A stretch of DNA of 64,000 nucleotides, from assembly GCA_963716255.1 (NCBI GenBank), contig OY970303.1, positions 3,552,001 to 3,616,000 of the forward strand, written 5' to 3'. The DNA comes from an uncultured Gemmatimonadales bacterium (GTDB lineage Bacteria > Gemmatimonadota > Gemmatimonadetes > Longimicrobiales > Longimicrobiaceae). The notes under the pieces were generated by a model. That model saw nothing but the letters and a program-made list of their open reading frames with translations. It made no database searches and had not been told where the DNA came from. Both the position numbers and the translations under genes were made by a program. This document shows positions 52,935 to 63,794 of this stretch, piece after piece (within the stretch, counting starts at the first letter, position 1; each line of letters opens with the position of its first letter).

Positions 52935-54674
52935 TCAGGGCCGGTCCGCCCGGAAGGTGTCCACCACCACCTCGCCGCGCGGCGCACCCCAGTCGGTCGC
53001 GATCGCCATGTCGCGCCGCGCCGTCGCCAGCGCCGGCACGGCGAGCATCGGCTCCGGCTCCACATCCGCCTCCACGCCGTCCTCCGGGCGGATGCGGTCC
53101 AGCACCTGCCGCGCCAGGCGGCGGCGCGGCCCCGGGGGGTCGCGGTCCAGCAGCCGCTCCAGCGTCGCCACGGCGGCGGCGGTGTCGCCCTGCGCCAGGT
53201 ACGCGTCCGCCAGGTTGGCGTAGGCCACGTGGCGGTCCGGGTAGCGGTCCACCACCTCCTCCAGCACCTCCGCCGCCTCGTCATTGCGCCCCAGGCGGAG
53301 CAGCGCGTACCCCTCGTTGTTGCGGTACTCGGCCTCCGCCGGCACCAGGCTCCCGGCGCGCCGGAAGGCAGCCAGCGCCCGGTCGTACTCGCGCCGCTGG
53401 AAGTGCCGTAGCCCCTCGCGGTTGGCGTCGCGCGCCTCGGCAGCCGGGGCGCGGCGCGGCAGGGCCGGCTCGCGGACCTCGGTCGCGGCGCCTGCGCCGC
53501 CGCCCCCGGCCAGCTCCAGCGCGACCGCCCCGCCCCCCGCAAGGAGGACGCCCGCCGTAACCGCCGCCAGCGCCGTGCGCCGCCGCACCGCGGGAAGGCG
53601 CATCCGCCGCCGGCGCTTCGCCACGGGGGGGACCGGCTCGGCGCGGCGCTCCTCCACCCCCGGAGCCGTGCGCTCCTCCACCAGCGCCGTGCGGTCGTCG
53701 GCGCCCCCGCGCAGCGGCTCGCCGGTGGTTCGCCAGCCGCTGCGCTCGGCCGGGTCCAGCGCGATGCGGCGCCGGCCGCACGCCTGCTGGAGCGCCCGTG
53801 CGAAGGCGCCCGCGTCGGGAAAGCGGCGCGCCGGCTCGTCGGCGAGCGCCTGGACAAGCACCTCCTCCACCTCCTGCGGCACCTGCGCGTTGCGGGAGCG
53901 CACGGAGGGCAGGGGGACGGGGAGTCCGGCCTCGCGCCGGTTCTGGTCCGCGTCCGTGAACAGGCGGGTGCGGGTCAGCACCTCGAAGCCCACCACGCCC
54001 AGCGCGTACACGTCCACCGCGCAGGTGATCTTCGCGTCGGCCGCCAGCTGCTCCGGGGCCGCATAGCGCGCCGAGAGCGGCGCGCGCCCGTCCAGCGTCA
54101 GGTGGGTGGCGGTGTGCTCCGGGTCGTGCCGCAGCGGCTTCGCGATCCCGAAGTCCAGCACCCGCACCGTGGGCTCCGCGCCCCCGTCCTCCGGCTCCGC
54201 CAGGAACAGGTTCCCCGGCTTCACGTCGCGGTGCACCAGCCCCTCCTGATGCCCCACCGAGAGCGCCCGCGCCGCGTCGCGCAGGATGCGGAGCGCCTGC
54301 GCCAGCGGGAGCGGGTCCGGGCGCGACAGGCGCGCGCGCAGGTCCTCGCCCCGCAGCAGCTCCATGACGATGTAGTCGCGGTTCAGCGTCTCGTCCGACC
54401 CGTAGTCGTAGACGGGGACGATACCGGGGTGCGTGGGGAGCCGCGCCGCGTACGACGCCTCGTGGCGAAAGCGGGCGCGCAGCCGCGCCACCTCGTCCGC
54501 GGGGGCGCGGACGGGGAGCTTGAGCACCTTGACCGCGACCGAGTGCTCCGCCCTGCCGTGGCGCAGGTCGCTGGCGCGGAAGACGACGCCGAAGCCGCCG
54601 TCGCCGAGGACCTCCTCGATGCGGTAGTGGCGGCCGACGACCCGTCCGATCAGGAGGTGCTCGAACCCTGACAT
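52935..54674 (-). CDS. membrane Ser/Thr protein kinase with C-terminal TPR domain (paralog)
   Basis: GDGGFG, VAVK, HRDVKPGN, DFG, YAAPE; TM; TPR. Confidence 0.93.
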   Translation of the reverse strand: MSGFEHLLIGRVVGRHYRIEEVLGDGGFGVVFRASDLRHGRAEHSVAVKVLKLPVRAPADEVARLRARFRHEASYAARLPTHPGIVPVYDYGSDETLNRDYIVMELLRGEDLRARLSRPDPLPLAQALRILRDAARALSVGHQEGLVHRDVKPGNLFLAEPEDGGAEPTVRVLDFGIAKPLRHDPEHTATHLTLDGRAPLSARYAAPEQLAADAKITCAVDVYALGVVGFEVLTRTRLFTDADQNRREAGLPVPLPSVRSRNAQVPQEVEEVLVQALADEPARRFPDAGAFARALQQACGRRRIALDPAERSGWRTTGEPLRGGADDRTALVEERTAPGVEERRAEPVPPVAKRRRRMRLPAVRRRTALAAVTAGVLLAGGGAVALELAGGGGAGAATEVREPALPRRAPAAEARDANREGLRHFQRREYDRALAAFRRAGSLVPAEAEYRNNEGYALLRLGRNDEAAEVLEEVVDRYPDRHVAYANLADAYLAQGDTAAAVATLERLLDRDPPGPRRRLARQVLDRIRPEDGVEADVEPEPMLAVPALATARRDMAIATDWGAPRGEVVVDTFRADRP

Positions 54675-54711
54675 GGGACTGCTCGGGTGGGGGTGCTCGG
54701 GGGCGGCGCGC

Positions 54712-55632
54712 CTACTCCAGGCGCGTCGCGTCGGGATCCTCCTCCTCGTCGAGCGGCGGGAGCTCCCGCACCCGGAGGACGGGGCCCTGCTCCCCGATGC
54801 GGAGCGGCTCGTCCAGCGGGAGCCACTCGGTGTGCATCCCCTGCATCTCCTCCAGCTGCAGGGGGCCCTGCTTGCGGTTGGCGCCGGGGATCTCGCGGCC
54901 GGCCAGGTGGACGACGTTGAGCCCCAGGTTGTACACCCGGAACCCCGGCTCGTCCCCGCGCGGCTCCCACGCCAGCGCCAGCTGGCGGCGACTGACGTGC
55001 GGCGCCTCGGTGAGGGATACGGTGCTGCGCAGCCGCGGGTCGTCCGTGCGGCGGCCCACGGTGCAGATGGTCTCCGGCATGCGGAACACCTCGCGCTCGT
55101 TGCCGTCCAGGTCCTCCACCACCAGCACGAAGCGCCCCGGCTCCCACCCGGCCGGTGCCCCGGCGGCGGCGCCGCCCTCCACGCGGGTGGCGTCCGGGTC
55201 CATCCCCGGCGCGAACACCGGGGCGGGGGCCGGCGCCGGCGCGGTGATGGGCACCGGCTCCACCTCCGCCATCTCGTTCTCGCTGTGCGAGGTCACCACG
55301 AAGAGCGGCGCGTCGTCCCGCTCGGCGCGGTGCACCTGCACGCGGTACTCGCGGTCGTACAGCGAGCCGTGCCGCATGCACGAGGCGGTCAGCTCGCTTT
55401 CCACCTCGCGCGCCACGGGGAGCAGCGAGTCCGCCGCGTCGGGGCGCAGGGTGACCACCAGCACGGTGGGCGGGAGGAGCTGCGCGTAGCGCTCCGGGAG
55501 CGCGCGGGCGTTCTCGCGGTCGATGACCCGCCCCAGCTCCAGCTTGACCTGGGGGAGGGTGTCGCGCAGGAAGGCGTCCAGCAGCGGCTCGCCGGTGTGG
55601 GCCAGGGGGTCGCTCGGGGACATGGCGCTCAT
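54712..55632 (-). CDS. FhaA-like FHA-domain protein
   Basis: C-terminal VGR...VSRRQL...GLN FHA pattern; Pro/Ala linker with DATR; ATGA-coupled start. Confidence 0.7.
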   Translation of the reverse strand: MSAMSPSDPLAHTGEPLLDAFLRDTLPQVKLELGRVIDRENARALPERYAQLLPPTVLVVTLRPDAADSLLPVAREVESELTASCMRHGSLYDREYRVQVHRAERDDAPLFVVTSHSENEMAEVEPVPITAPAPAPAPVFAPGMDPDATRVEGGAAAGAPAGWEPGRFVLVVEDLDGNEREVFRMPETICTVGRRTDDPRLRSTVSLTEAPHVSRRQLALAWEPRGDEPGFRVYNLGLNVVHLAGREIPGANRKQGPLQLEEMQGMHTEWLPLDEPLRIGEQGPVLRVRELPPLDEEEDPDATRLE

Positions 55633-56756
55633 GGCGTGACGGCGGTGGGGGCGGCCGCGGTGTCGATCCCGACGGCCGCGGTGTCGGCGGCCAGCGTGTC
55701 CGGGGGCGGCACGAGCAGGCGGATGGAGTCCACCCTGGCCCGCAGCCGGGCCACCTCGTCGCGGGAGGCCGCCTGCTCGCGGGCCTGCAGGCCGCTCCAC
55801 GCGGCCCACCCGGCGAGCGCCAGCGCCGCCAGGCTGAGGAGGAGGGCGAGGCCCCCCAGACGGGAGCGGCGCGGGGCGTGGTTCACGGGCGTCGCGGGGT
55901 TGAAGATCGGGTCGGCCGGCTCCGGGGCCGCGGCCGGCCGCGCGGGCGCGGCGCGCGGGGGCGGCTCCGGCTCGGTGTCGTCCTCGCGCGGGCCGCCGCC
56001 GGTCATGCGCACGGCCAGCGCGGTGAAGTTGTCGTCGGGGCCGCGCTCCTCCACGCGGCGGCGGATGATCTCCACCACCTCGCCGGCGGAGGCGGCGGCC
56101 ATGGCCTCGCCCAGCTCGTCCAGCCGGGTGGCCTTGGAGATCCCGTCCGAGGCCAGCAGGTACGTCCAGCCGGGCCGCAGCGGGATCCATACAGCGTCCG
56201 CCTCGCCGCCGCGCCCCACGGCGCGCTGCAGGCGGTTGGCGCCCTCGGCCTCGGTGACCTCGTCCAGGCCGATCTCCCCCGCCTCCCAGCGGGCGAAGGC
56301 CGGGGTGTGGTCGCGGCTCTCCAGGCGCACGGTGCCGTCGGGCGAGCGCGACAGGATGCGCACGTCGCCCGCGAAGGCGCCGATCCACCCCGGCGACCCG
56401 GCGCGGTCCGGCGCCAGCGACAGGAGCGCCAGCGCGCACCCCATCCCCCCGCGCTCGGCCACGTTCTCCTGCGCCGCCAGCGCCACGGCGCGGTCGGCGG
56501 CGCGCACGGCGTGCCGGGCGGCGTCCAGGCTGCGGATGGGGCCGGCCTCCAGCAGGGCGCGCAGGGCGGTGTCGGCGGCCAGGCGGCCGCCCCGCTCCCC
56601 GCCCATCCCGTCGGCGACGGCCACCGTGCCCGTCTGCTCGAAGGCGTCCAGCGACAGCGCGTCCTGGTTCTCCGGGCGGGGCCCCTGCCCGCTGAACCCG
56701 GCCAGCTCGAAGAGGAGCCCGCGGTGGCGGACGCTCCTGGCGACGGTGTCGCTCAT
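55629..56756 (-). CDS. PP2C-family Ser/Thr phosphatase with C-terminal TM
   Basis: RPENQD, VADGMGG, AGD, DHT, LASDGI, DDNFT. Confidence 0.9.
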   Translation of the reverse strand: MSDTVARSVRHRGLLFELAGFSGQGPRPENQDALSLDAFEQTGTVAVADGMGGERGGRLAADTALRALLEAGPIRSLDAARHAVRAADRAVALAAQENVAERGGMGCALALLSLAPDRAGSPGWIGAFAGDVRILSRSPDGTVRLESRDHTPAFARWEAGEIGLDEVTEAEGANRLQRAVGRGGEADAVWIPLRPGWTYLLASDGISKATRLDELGEAMAAASAGEVVEIIRRRVEERGPDDNFTALAVRMTGGGPREDDTEPEPPPRAAPARPAAAPEPADPIFNPATPVNHAPRRSRLGGLALLLSLAALALAGWAAWSGLQAREQAASRDEVARLRARVDSIRLLVPPPDTLAADTAAVGIDTAAAPTAVTP

Positions 56757-58399
56757 ACGATGCGGACCCCGCGGGCCGCCTCGGCGGCCTCCGGCGGGGG
56801 CGCGAGTGCGTGCTCCAGCTCGTCCTCCTCTGTCCGGCGGTGGCTGATCCCCGCGATGATCCCCACGGCCAGCGCCGAAGCCAGCAGCTTGGCGCCCCCG
56901 TGGGCGGCGAAGGCGGCGGCCACGCCCGTGAGCGGGATCACGCGGATCCCGCCCAGCGTGGCGAGCCAGAAGGGGATGGCGATGAGCATCGCCAGCCCGG
57001 TCACCAGCGTGCGCTCGAAGGCGCCTCGCTCGCGGACCGCCGCCATGAACATCCCGATGAGAAATACGGTGTAGAGCAGCACCAGCGCCACCCCCCCGAC
57101 CAGCCCCCACTGCGCCGCGTGCAGGGTGATGTACCCGTCGTCGGCCGAGTTGGGGGCCGTCTCGCCGTGCCCGCGCCCCGGCCCCTCGCCGATCACGCCG
57201 CCGGCCGTGACGTTGGCGTCGAACAGCTTCATCTGGTGGAGCTTGGCCGCCCACGCCTCCGCCTGGGGCTCGCTCATCTGCGCCGGGTCGCGGTACGGGT
57301 CGTACGCCAGCTCCAGGCGGGTGCGCGAGCGCTCGTCCACGTTGAAGGCCGCGAACACCAGCCCCGCCCACGCCACCAGCATCAGCCCCGCCCACCAGCC
57401 GCGCCGCGTCCCCACCAGCAGCATCGCCGCCAGGCTCCCCGCTAGCACGATGGAAAGCCCCAGCTCGCGGATCACCAGGAAGGGGACCACCGGCATCAGG
57501 CCGTACAGCACCAGCCCCACCAGCCGTTGCGGGGCGAGCACCGAGCCCGGCCGCGCCAGGTTGTAGGCGTCGTCCGCGAGCACCGCGGCCCAGGTGGCGA
57601 TGAACACCGGCAGGAAAAGCTCCCACGGCGTCGTCCCCCCCACCTTGCCCAGCCGGGTGAAGAACAGGGTGAGGACGAAGAACGCGGCCAGCGTCACCAG
57701 GTAGGGAACGCGCCGGTTCTGCCGGAACCAGCGCAGCCGTTCCGCGCGCCGCGAGAGCAGGTATCCCAGCAGCAGCGCCAGCGGCGCCAGGAACACCGAG
57801 TAGTGCGAGATCCCCCGCAGGAACGCCGTTTCCCCCTCCGCCACCCCGCGCACCGCCCGCGCGAACGGGTCCGGGAGCGGGGGCGGCGGCCCGCCGAACA
57901 CCTCCTGCTGCCGCTCCGCCTCGTAGGCCCGCTCGATGGTGGAGATGCGCGAGCGGTCCGCCTTGAGCTCGTTGGCCTGCGCGCGCGATCCGCTCGCGGC
58001 CTGGTACACCGGGTCGGTGAACACCTGGAACTGCGCCGGCCGCGTCATGAAGAAGATCACCACCGGCAGCGCCACGATGGCCCACGAGCCCCGGTACCCC
58101 ATCCACCGCAGCAGCCCCAGCACCAGCAGCCAGGCGAGCAGCGCCCCCGCGTCGCGCAGCAGCGTGCGCGTGGCCCCGGTGGAGGTGCCGTGCACCGGCC
58201 ACACCCAGGCGACCACCGAGTAGTGCGCCGCCAGGTAGAAGGCCGTTGCCAGCAGGAGCCCCACCCACAGCCAGCGCGAGGTGCGCTGCGTCGGACGCAT
58301 CCTCGCCCCCGGCAGCGCGGCGGCCGGAGCGCGCACGCGCAGCGCCACGCCGTGCGGCCCCTCGGGAGCCTTCTTCCGGAAGATGTCCAGGATCGCCAT
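56753..58399 (-). CDS. FtsW/RodA/SpoVE (SEDS) family protein
   Basis: Multi-TM; RELG, GGVIGEGPGRG, DDGYI, IPLTGV, HGG; divergent. Confidence 0.8.
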   Translation of the reverse strand: MAILDIFRKKAPEGPHGVALRVRAPAAALPGARMRPTQRTSRWLWVGLLLATAFYLAAHYSVVAWVWPVHGTSTGATRTLLRDAGALLAWLLVLGLLRWMGYRGSWAIVALPVVIFFMTRPAQFQVFTDPVYQAASGSRAQANELKADRSRISTIERAYEAERQQEVFGGPPPPLPDPFARAVRGVAEGETAFLRGISHYSVFLAPLALLLGYLLSRRAERLRWFRQNRRVPYLVTLAAFFVLTLFFTRLGKVGGTTPWELFLPVFIATWAAVLADDAYNLARPGSVLAPQRLVGLVLYGLMPVVPFLVIRELGLSIVLAGSLAAMLLVGTRRGWWAGLMLVAWAGLVFAAFNVDERSRTRLELAYDPYRDPAQMSEPQAEAWAAKLHQMKLFDANVTAGGVIGEGPGRGHGETAPNSADDGYITLHAAQWGLVGGVALVLLYTVFLIGMFMAAVRERGAFERTLVTGLAMLIAIPFWLATLGGIRVIPLTGVAAAFAAHGGAKLLASALAVGIIAGISHRRTEEDELEHALAPPPEAAEAARGVRIV

Positions 58400-59940
58400 C
58401 ACCCCCTCCTCGCCGCCGGGGCCGTGCGGGCGAGCACGCGGGTCACCCCCGCCGCCACCGCCGCCGGCTCGCGTCCGCCCGGGCCGCCCCCGCGCAGGTA
58501 CACCACCACCGTGTAGCGCGGCCGCCCGTCCGGCCCGAACACCAGCCCCGCGAACCACCCGTCGTCCGGCCTCCCCGCGATCTGCGCCGTCCCCGTCTTG
58601 CCGCCCAGGTCCCAGCCCAGCCCCTCCAGCAGCGGCAGGGTGCTGCGCGCCGTCCCCGAGTCCACCACCGCCAGCATGGCCCGCTGGAGCTTCTGCGCCG
58701 TCGCCGCGCTCATCACCCGCGTCCCCTCCTCCGGGCGCTCCGCCCGCTCGCTCTCCAGGGTGGGCGGCAGCATCACCCCGCCGTTGCCGATGGCCTGCAC
58801 GAAGCGCGAGATGGCGATGGGCGTCACGTCCACCGGCCCCTGCCCGATGGCGAGCTGCGCCCACTCCTGGCGTCCCGTCTTCTCACCCATGCGGATGCGG
58901 GACGGCGAGGGGCTCATCCGCCGCGCCCACGCCTCCGACGACGTGCTCCAGAAGGCGCGCGTGGTGTCCGTGGACGGCCTGCCCGTGTACGGCTCGAAGC
59001 CGTAGCGGCGGTACGCCTCGGTGAACGCCCGCTCCCCCAGCCGCTCGCGCATCTGCTGCGCCATCCACACCGCCGCCGTGTTGCAGGAGGGGATCAGCAT
59101 CCCCGTGGGCCCCTGCACGATCCCCCGCGCCTTCATCTCGTAGTTGCGGATGGCGGAGCGCTCCGTCACCTGGATGCTCGCGGGGCAGGGGATGGGCGGA
59201 TCGCCCAGCCCGCTCTCCCACCAGAGCGCCGCCAGCGCCAGCTTGAACACCGAGCCCGGCGGGGCGTAGCGCTTGATCCCCAGCGGCGGGTCGTCCGGCC
59301 CGCCGGTGGCCGCGTACGCCACCACGGCGCCCGAGCGGACGTCCTGCACCACCACTGCGCCCGGCCTGCGGGTGGAGCTCAGCAGCTGCCACGCGGCCCG
59401 CGTGGGCGCGGCGCAAAGCGTCAGCCGCAGGTCCGTGCCCACCGGGTGCAGCTCCCCGGACTCGGTCAGCGACATGGGCTCGCGCAGCTCCTCCGCGAAG
59501 AGCCGCTCCACCGTGTAGTCGCGGTCGTCCGCCTCGCGGCCGCCGCCCACCAGGTTTGCGGTGGCCTCGCCCAGCGGGTACACCCGGCGGATCTCGCCGC
59601 CCTGGGTGGCGTAGCGCGCCAGCGCGTCGCCGTTGTTGCCGGAGCAGTCCAGGATCCACCCGCGCGTTTCGCCGCGCCGCTGCTCGGTGAGCCGCGGGTC
59701 GCCGAAGCGGGAGTACATCCGCCGCCCCTCCTCCAGCTTCTCCTTTTCCAGCAGCAGCTTGGCGTGGCCGGCGGTGTACACCCCCGCCAGCACGAGCATG
59801 CCGAAGGCGATGCGCACCGCCCAGCGCTCCCGCCGCTCCTTCCACAGCGCCCGGGTCAGCCGGGCCAGGGCGATGGCGGCGCCCACGCCCATGGCGAGGA
59901 AGGCTCCGCGCAGCAGCCAGTTCAGGATCGTATCCAGCAC
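58399..59940 (-). CDS. class B penicillin-binding protein (PbpA-like)
   Basis: RGWILD, RVYPLG, PGSVFK (SxxK), SCN (SxN), KTGTAQ. Confidence 0.9.
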   Translation of the reverse strand: MLDTILNWLLRGAFLAMGVGAAIALARLTRALWKERRERWAVRIAFGMLVLAGVYTAGHAKLLLEKEKLEEGRRMYSRFGDPRLTEQRRGETRGWILDCSGNNGDALARYATQGGEIRRVYPLGEATANLVGGGREADDRDYTVERLFAEELREPMSLTESGELHPVGTDLRLTLCAAPTRAAWQLLSSTRRPGAVVVQDVRSGAVVAYAATGGPDDPPLGIKRYAPPGSVFKLALAALWWESGLGDPPIPCPASIQVTERSAIRNYEMKARGIVQGPTGMLIPSCNTAAVWMAQQMRERLGERAFTEAYRRYGFEPYTGRPSTDTTRAFWSTSSEAWARRMSPSPSRIRMGEKTGRQEWAQLAIGQGPVDVTPIAISRFVQAIGNGGVMLPPTLESERAERPEEGTRVMSAATAQKLQRAMLAVVDSGTARSTLPLLEGLGWDLGGKTGTAQIAGRPDDGWFAGLVFGPDGRPRYTVVVYLRGGGPGGREPAAVAAGVTRVLARTAPAARRG

Positions 59941-59998
59941 GCTCGCTCTCCAGGACGACGAGTTGTGGTGCCCGGGGTGGATCGGGTGTGCGAGCTAC

Positions 59999-60014
59999 GG
60001 CAAGCACTGCACCA
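59999..60014 (-). promoter_or_regulatory. sigma-54 promoter candidate for the PBP-RodA-PP2C-kinase operon
   Basis: TGGTGCAGTGCTTGCC, GG-N10-GC. Confidence 0.5.
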
Positions 60015-60041
60015 CATGAAAAAAAGAGGAACGGCTGGTTC

Positions 60042-60168
60042 GGGCGTGCCCCCGCTGACGCGGGGTCGGGCTTCGGCTCCGTAAGCCAGCAAACAACGCT
60101 GGCTAACGGAGTCGAGCCCGCGCAAACAGCCGCGCGGTCTCGCCCCTGCGGGCCGAAATCCCTCACGC
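60042..60168 (+). repeat. family-A structured repeat, copy 9
   Basis: Full-length match. Confidence 0.95.
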
Positions 60169-60280
60169 GGTCTCGCGCTGGCGTCGTCGGCCGTTTGCCA
60201 CACTACGCACGAACGGCCCCGGCGTTTCACGCCGGGGCCGCCGTTGCAGGCTGTTCCCTGTTCCCTGTTCCCTGCCGTCC

Positions 60281-60990
60281 TCAGTCCACCCGCATCAGCC
60301 GGAGCACGGTGTTGCCCATGCGCAGCGTGTCGCCGGGCTCCAGGGACTGCTCCTGGTGGGCGGCGAGGGGGGCGTCGTTGACGTAGGTGCGGTTCTTGGA
60401 GTCCAGGTCGGTGACCGTGGCGCGGCCCCCGGCCACGCGGACGCGGGCGTGCTGGCCGGACATGTAGCGGTCGCCCAGGCCCAGCACGCCGTCGGCGGGC
60501 TTGCGGCCCAGCACCATCTCGCCGCGCACCTGCACCGGCTCGCGAAGCACCTCGCTCTGCACCACCTCCAGCAGCGCCAGGTTCTGCGGCGCGGCGCGGG
60601 CGGCGGGGCGGGGGGCCGCCACGATGGGGCGGCCCAGCTCCGGGGGGCGGGGGCCGCCTTCGCCTCCGCGGCGGCGCCCGCCTCCAGCCCCAGCGGCTTC
60701 ACGAAGGCGAACTCGCGCTTGGTGTCCAGCAGCACGATCTCCACCCGCAGCCCCGCCCGCGCGATCCCGTTGTCCTGCGCCCACTGCGCGGCGAAGCGGC
60801 GCAGGTGGTCCGTCTCGTCGCGCGACCACAGGGCCGGGTCCACCCCCGGCGGCACCAGGTCGGTGGACACGAAGACGCGCAGGTCCGGCGCGCTGCGGCG
60901 GTCCGCGTAGCGGCGCAGCGCCTCGCGCACTCCCTCCTCGAGCTGCTGCCGGAGCGTGGGCTGAAAGAACTTGCGAAGCAGGCTGATCAT
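60281..60990 (-). pseudogene. FHA-domain protein split by a frameshift near 60590-60660 (pseudogene or sequencing error)
   Basis: The N-terminal part MISLLRKFF... and the FHA part LGR...MSGQHA...DLDSKNRTYVN lie in different frames. Confidence 0.75.
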
Positions 60991-61064
60991 CGTGCGCTCG
61001 TCGGGGTTTCGGATCCGCCCCGCGCCCCGCAACATCGGGACCGCGGGGGCCTCGCCGGGAAGGG

Positions 61065-63424
61065 TCAGCCGGAGGTGGGAGGCGCGTCCTCCGCGGCCGG
61101 CAGGGTGAAGCAGAACACGCTGCCGCCGCCGGGGGCGTCCTCCACCCAGATCTCGCCCCCGTGCTCGCGGACGATGCTGCGGCAGATGGCCAGCCCCAGC
61201 CCCGTCCCGCCCTTGCGGCGCGAATCCGAGGAGTCCAGCTGGCGGAACGGCTCGAAGATCACCTCGCGCCGGTCGTGCGGGATCCCCGGGCCCTGGTCCG
61301 CAACCCGGAACAGCACCCTGGGCCGCGGCCCCGCGCGTCCAGCCGCACCACCCCGCCCTCCGGCGAGAACTTGATGGCGTTGGCGAGCAGGTTGGTGAGC
61401 GTCTGGATCACCCGGTCCGGGTCGGCCAGGAGCGCCGCGGGGAGCGGGTCCACCCGCAGCGACACCCCGGCGCGCTCCGCCATCTCGCGCAGCGGCTCCG
61501 CGGCGCGCTCCATCAATTCCGCGGCGTCCGTGGGAAGGGGGCTGATGGGGAGCTTGCCGGCCGCGATGCGCTCCGTGTCCAGGATGTCGTCCACCAGCCG
61601 CGCCAGGCGGTCGGTGTTCTGCAGGGCGATCTCCACCAGGCGCTTGCCGCGCGCGTCCAGCGTGCCGGTGAGCCCGCCCGCCACCAGCCCCAGCGAGCCG
61701 CGCATGGAGGCCAGCGGCGTGCGCAGCTCGTGGCTCACCATGGAGATGAACTCGTCCTTCATGCGGTCGATCTCGCGCCGGCCGGTGATGTCGCGGGCCA
61801 CGGCCTGCCACCCGGCCAGCCGGTCGCCCTCGGACACCAGCTGCACGTTCTGGCCGATCCACACCTCGCGCCCGTCGCGGGTCAGCGCCGGGAACTCGTA
61901 GTAGGTGTTGGGGACGCGTTCCTGCACCTGCCGCCGGTAGAACTCCTCCACCCGCTCCCGCCAGTCGTCGCGGATCAGGTCCGCGTAGCGCGTCCCCAGG
62001 ATCTCCGCCTCCGGGTAGCCCAGGATGCGGGCGGCCACGGGGTTGGCGTAGGTGAAGCGCCCCTCCATGTCCGCCCGGTAGATGATGTCGCTGGCCGCCT
62101 CCACGAACTGCCGGAACTGCTCCTCGCTCTTGCGCAGCGCCGCCTCTGCCCGGCGGCGGTCCGTGACGTCGCGCGAGTTCACCACCACGCTCCCCACCGC
62201 CGGGTCGTCAAGAAAGCTGGCCCCGGTGGCCTCCACGTTGTGGAAGGTGCCGTCGCCGTGCAGGAAGCGCAGCTCCACGCTCAGCGGGATGCCGGGGTTG
62301 TCCACGATGCGCGCGAACGCCTCCCGCACCCCCGAAACGTCGGCCGGGTGCACCAGGTCGAAGACGCTGCGCCCCACCAGCGCCTCCGGGGCGTAGTCCA
62401 GCACCCGCCGCACCGACGGGCTCTCGTAGCGGATGGTCCCCGCGTCGTCCAGCAGGGTGATGAGGTCGGTGGCGTTCTCGATCATCAGGCGGAACTGCCG
62501 CTCGCTGCGCCGCAGCTCCTCCTCGTTGCGCTTGCGCTGGGTGAGGTTGCTGACCACGGTGATGGAGCCCACCACCACGCCGTCCTCCAGCCGCGGGGCG
62601 CTGGTGACCAGCGCGGGGAGCGGGGTGGCGCCCTCGCGCAGCAGGCTCAGCTCGTAGGTGATCGTTTCCCCCGCGCGCCACTGGTGGCGCGCCCCCTCCA
62701 GCGTGCCCGCGTCGTCCGGGTGCACCACGTCCTCGCCGCGGGCGTGCAGCAGCGCCTCCGGGTCGCGCCCCACCAGCCGCGCGAACTGCGGGTTGACGAA
62801 GCCGAAGCGGCCCTCCAGGTCGGTGACGGTGAGCCCCTGGCCCATGGTGTTCACCACCTGCACCACGAAGTCGCGCTCGCGCCGCAGCTCCGCCTCCACC
62901 TCCGCGCGGGCCGCCGCGTCGCGCCGCAGCTCGATCTCGGTCACGGCCGAGGCCGCCAGCTCGCGGAGCGTCTCCACCTCGTCGTCCGTCCAGCGGCGCA
63001 CCCGGGCGTCCAGCACGCAGAAGGCGCCCAGCACGTGCCCGTCCGAGGCGGCGAGCGGGACCCCGGCAAAGGCCAGCATCCCCAGCCCGGTCACCGCGGC
63101 GCTTGCGCCCAGCACGGGGTGGCCGCGCGCGTCGTCCACCACCAGCGGCTTCCCGCCGGCGACCACCTCGCGGGTGAGCGGCGACCGGGAAAGCGGGGTC
63201 TCCCGCACGCCCGCCCACGACTCGGGAAAGCCCACCACGCTCTTGAAGAACTGGCGCTCCTCCTCCACCAGCGAGACCACCGCCACCGGCACGCCCAGGA
63301 CGCGGGCGGCCAGCCGCGTGAGGCGGTCGAACCCCTCCTCCGGCTGGGTGTCCAGCAGGCCGGTCCGCCGCAGGGCGGCCAGCCGCTCGGGGTCGGCCGC
63401 GGCGCGCGAGGGATCAGGGGTCAT
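61065..63424 (-). pseudogene. GAF-PAS-PAS-PAS histidine kinase with a frameshift near 61320-61340 (pseudogene or sequencing error)
   Basis: HELRTPL and NAIKFS are in one frame; DQGPGI and GGTGLGL are in another. Confidence 0.8.
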
Positions 63425-63587
63425 GCTGGCTGTGGCCACGCGTGCGGGCGGAAAGGAACGGTCAGGGGTGTCCCGGACAAACATGGGCGGCGCGCGGACT
63501 TCGTGCAACCGAGCCGGAAGGGGCACAAACGCCGCGCCCGCCGCCGGGACGCGGCGGCGGGCGCGGGACGCCGACGGCGCGGGGCCG

Positions 63588-63794
63588 TCAGCCGTACCGG
63601 TGGTCGCGGGCCCAGGTGTACGCCGTCCAGGCGGCGATCACGTGGCACACCCACCCCAGCGTGCCGCCGGAACCCAGCCAGAAGCCGGGGGTGATAATGA
63701 GCCAGAAGAGGGCCCGCCAGAACTTCCCGTTGTAGATCTGCCCCAGGCCGGGGATCAGGAAGCTCAGGATGGCAGCCGTGCCGGGGTCTTTCAT
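63588..63794 (-). CDS. small TM2-like membrane protein
   Basis: PGTAAILSFLIPGLGQIYNG motif; GGAGG RBS. Confidence 0.8.
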   Translation of the reverse strand: MKDPGTAAILSFLIPGLGQIYNGKFWRALFWLIITPGFWLGSGGTLGWVCHVIAAWTAYTWARDHRYG

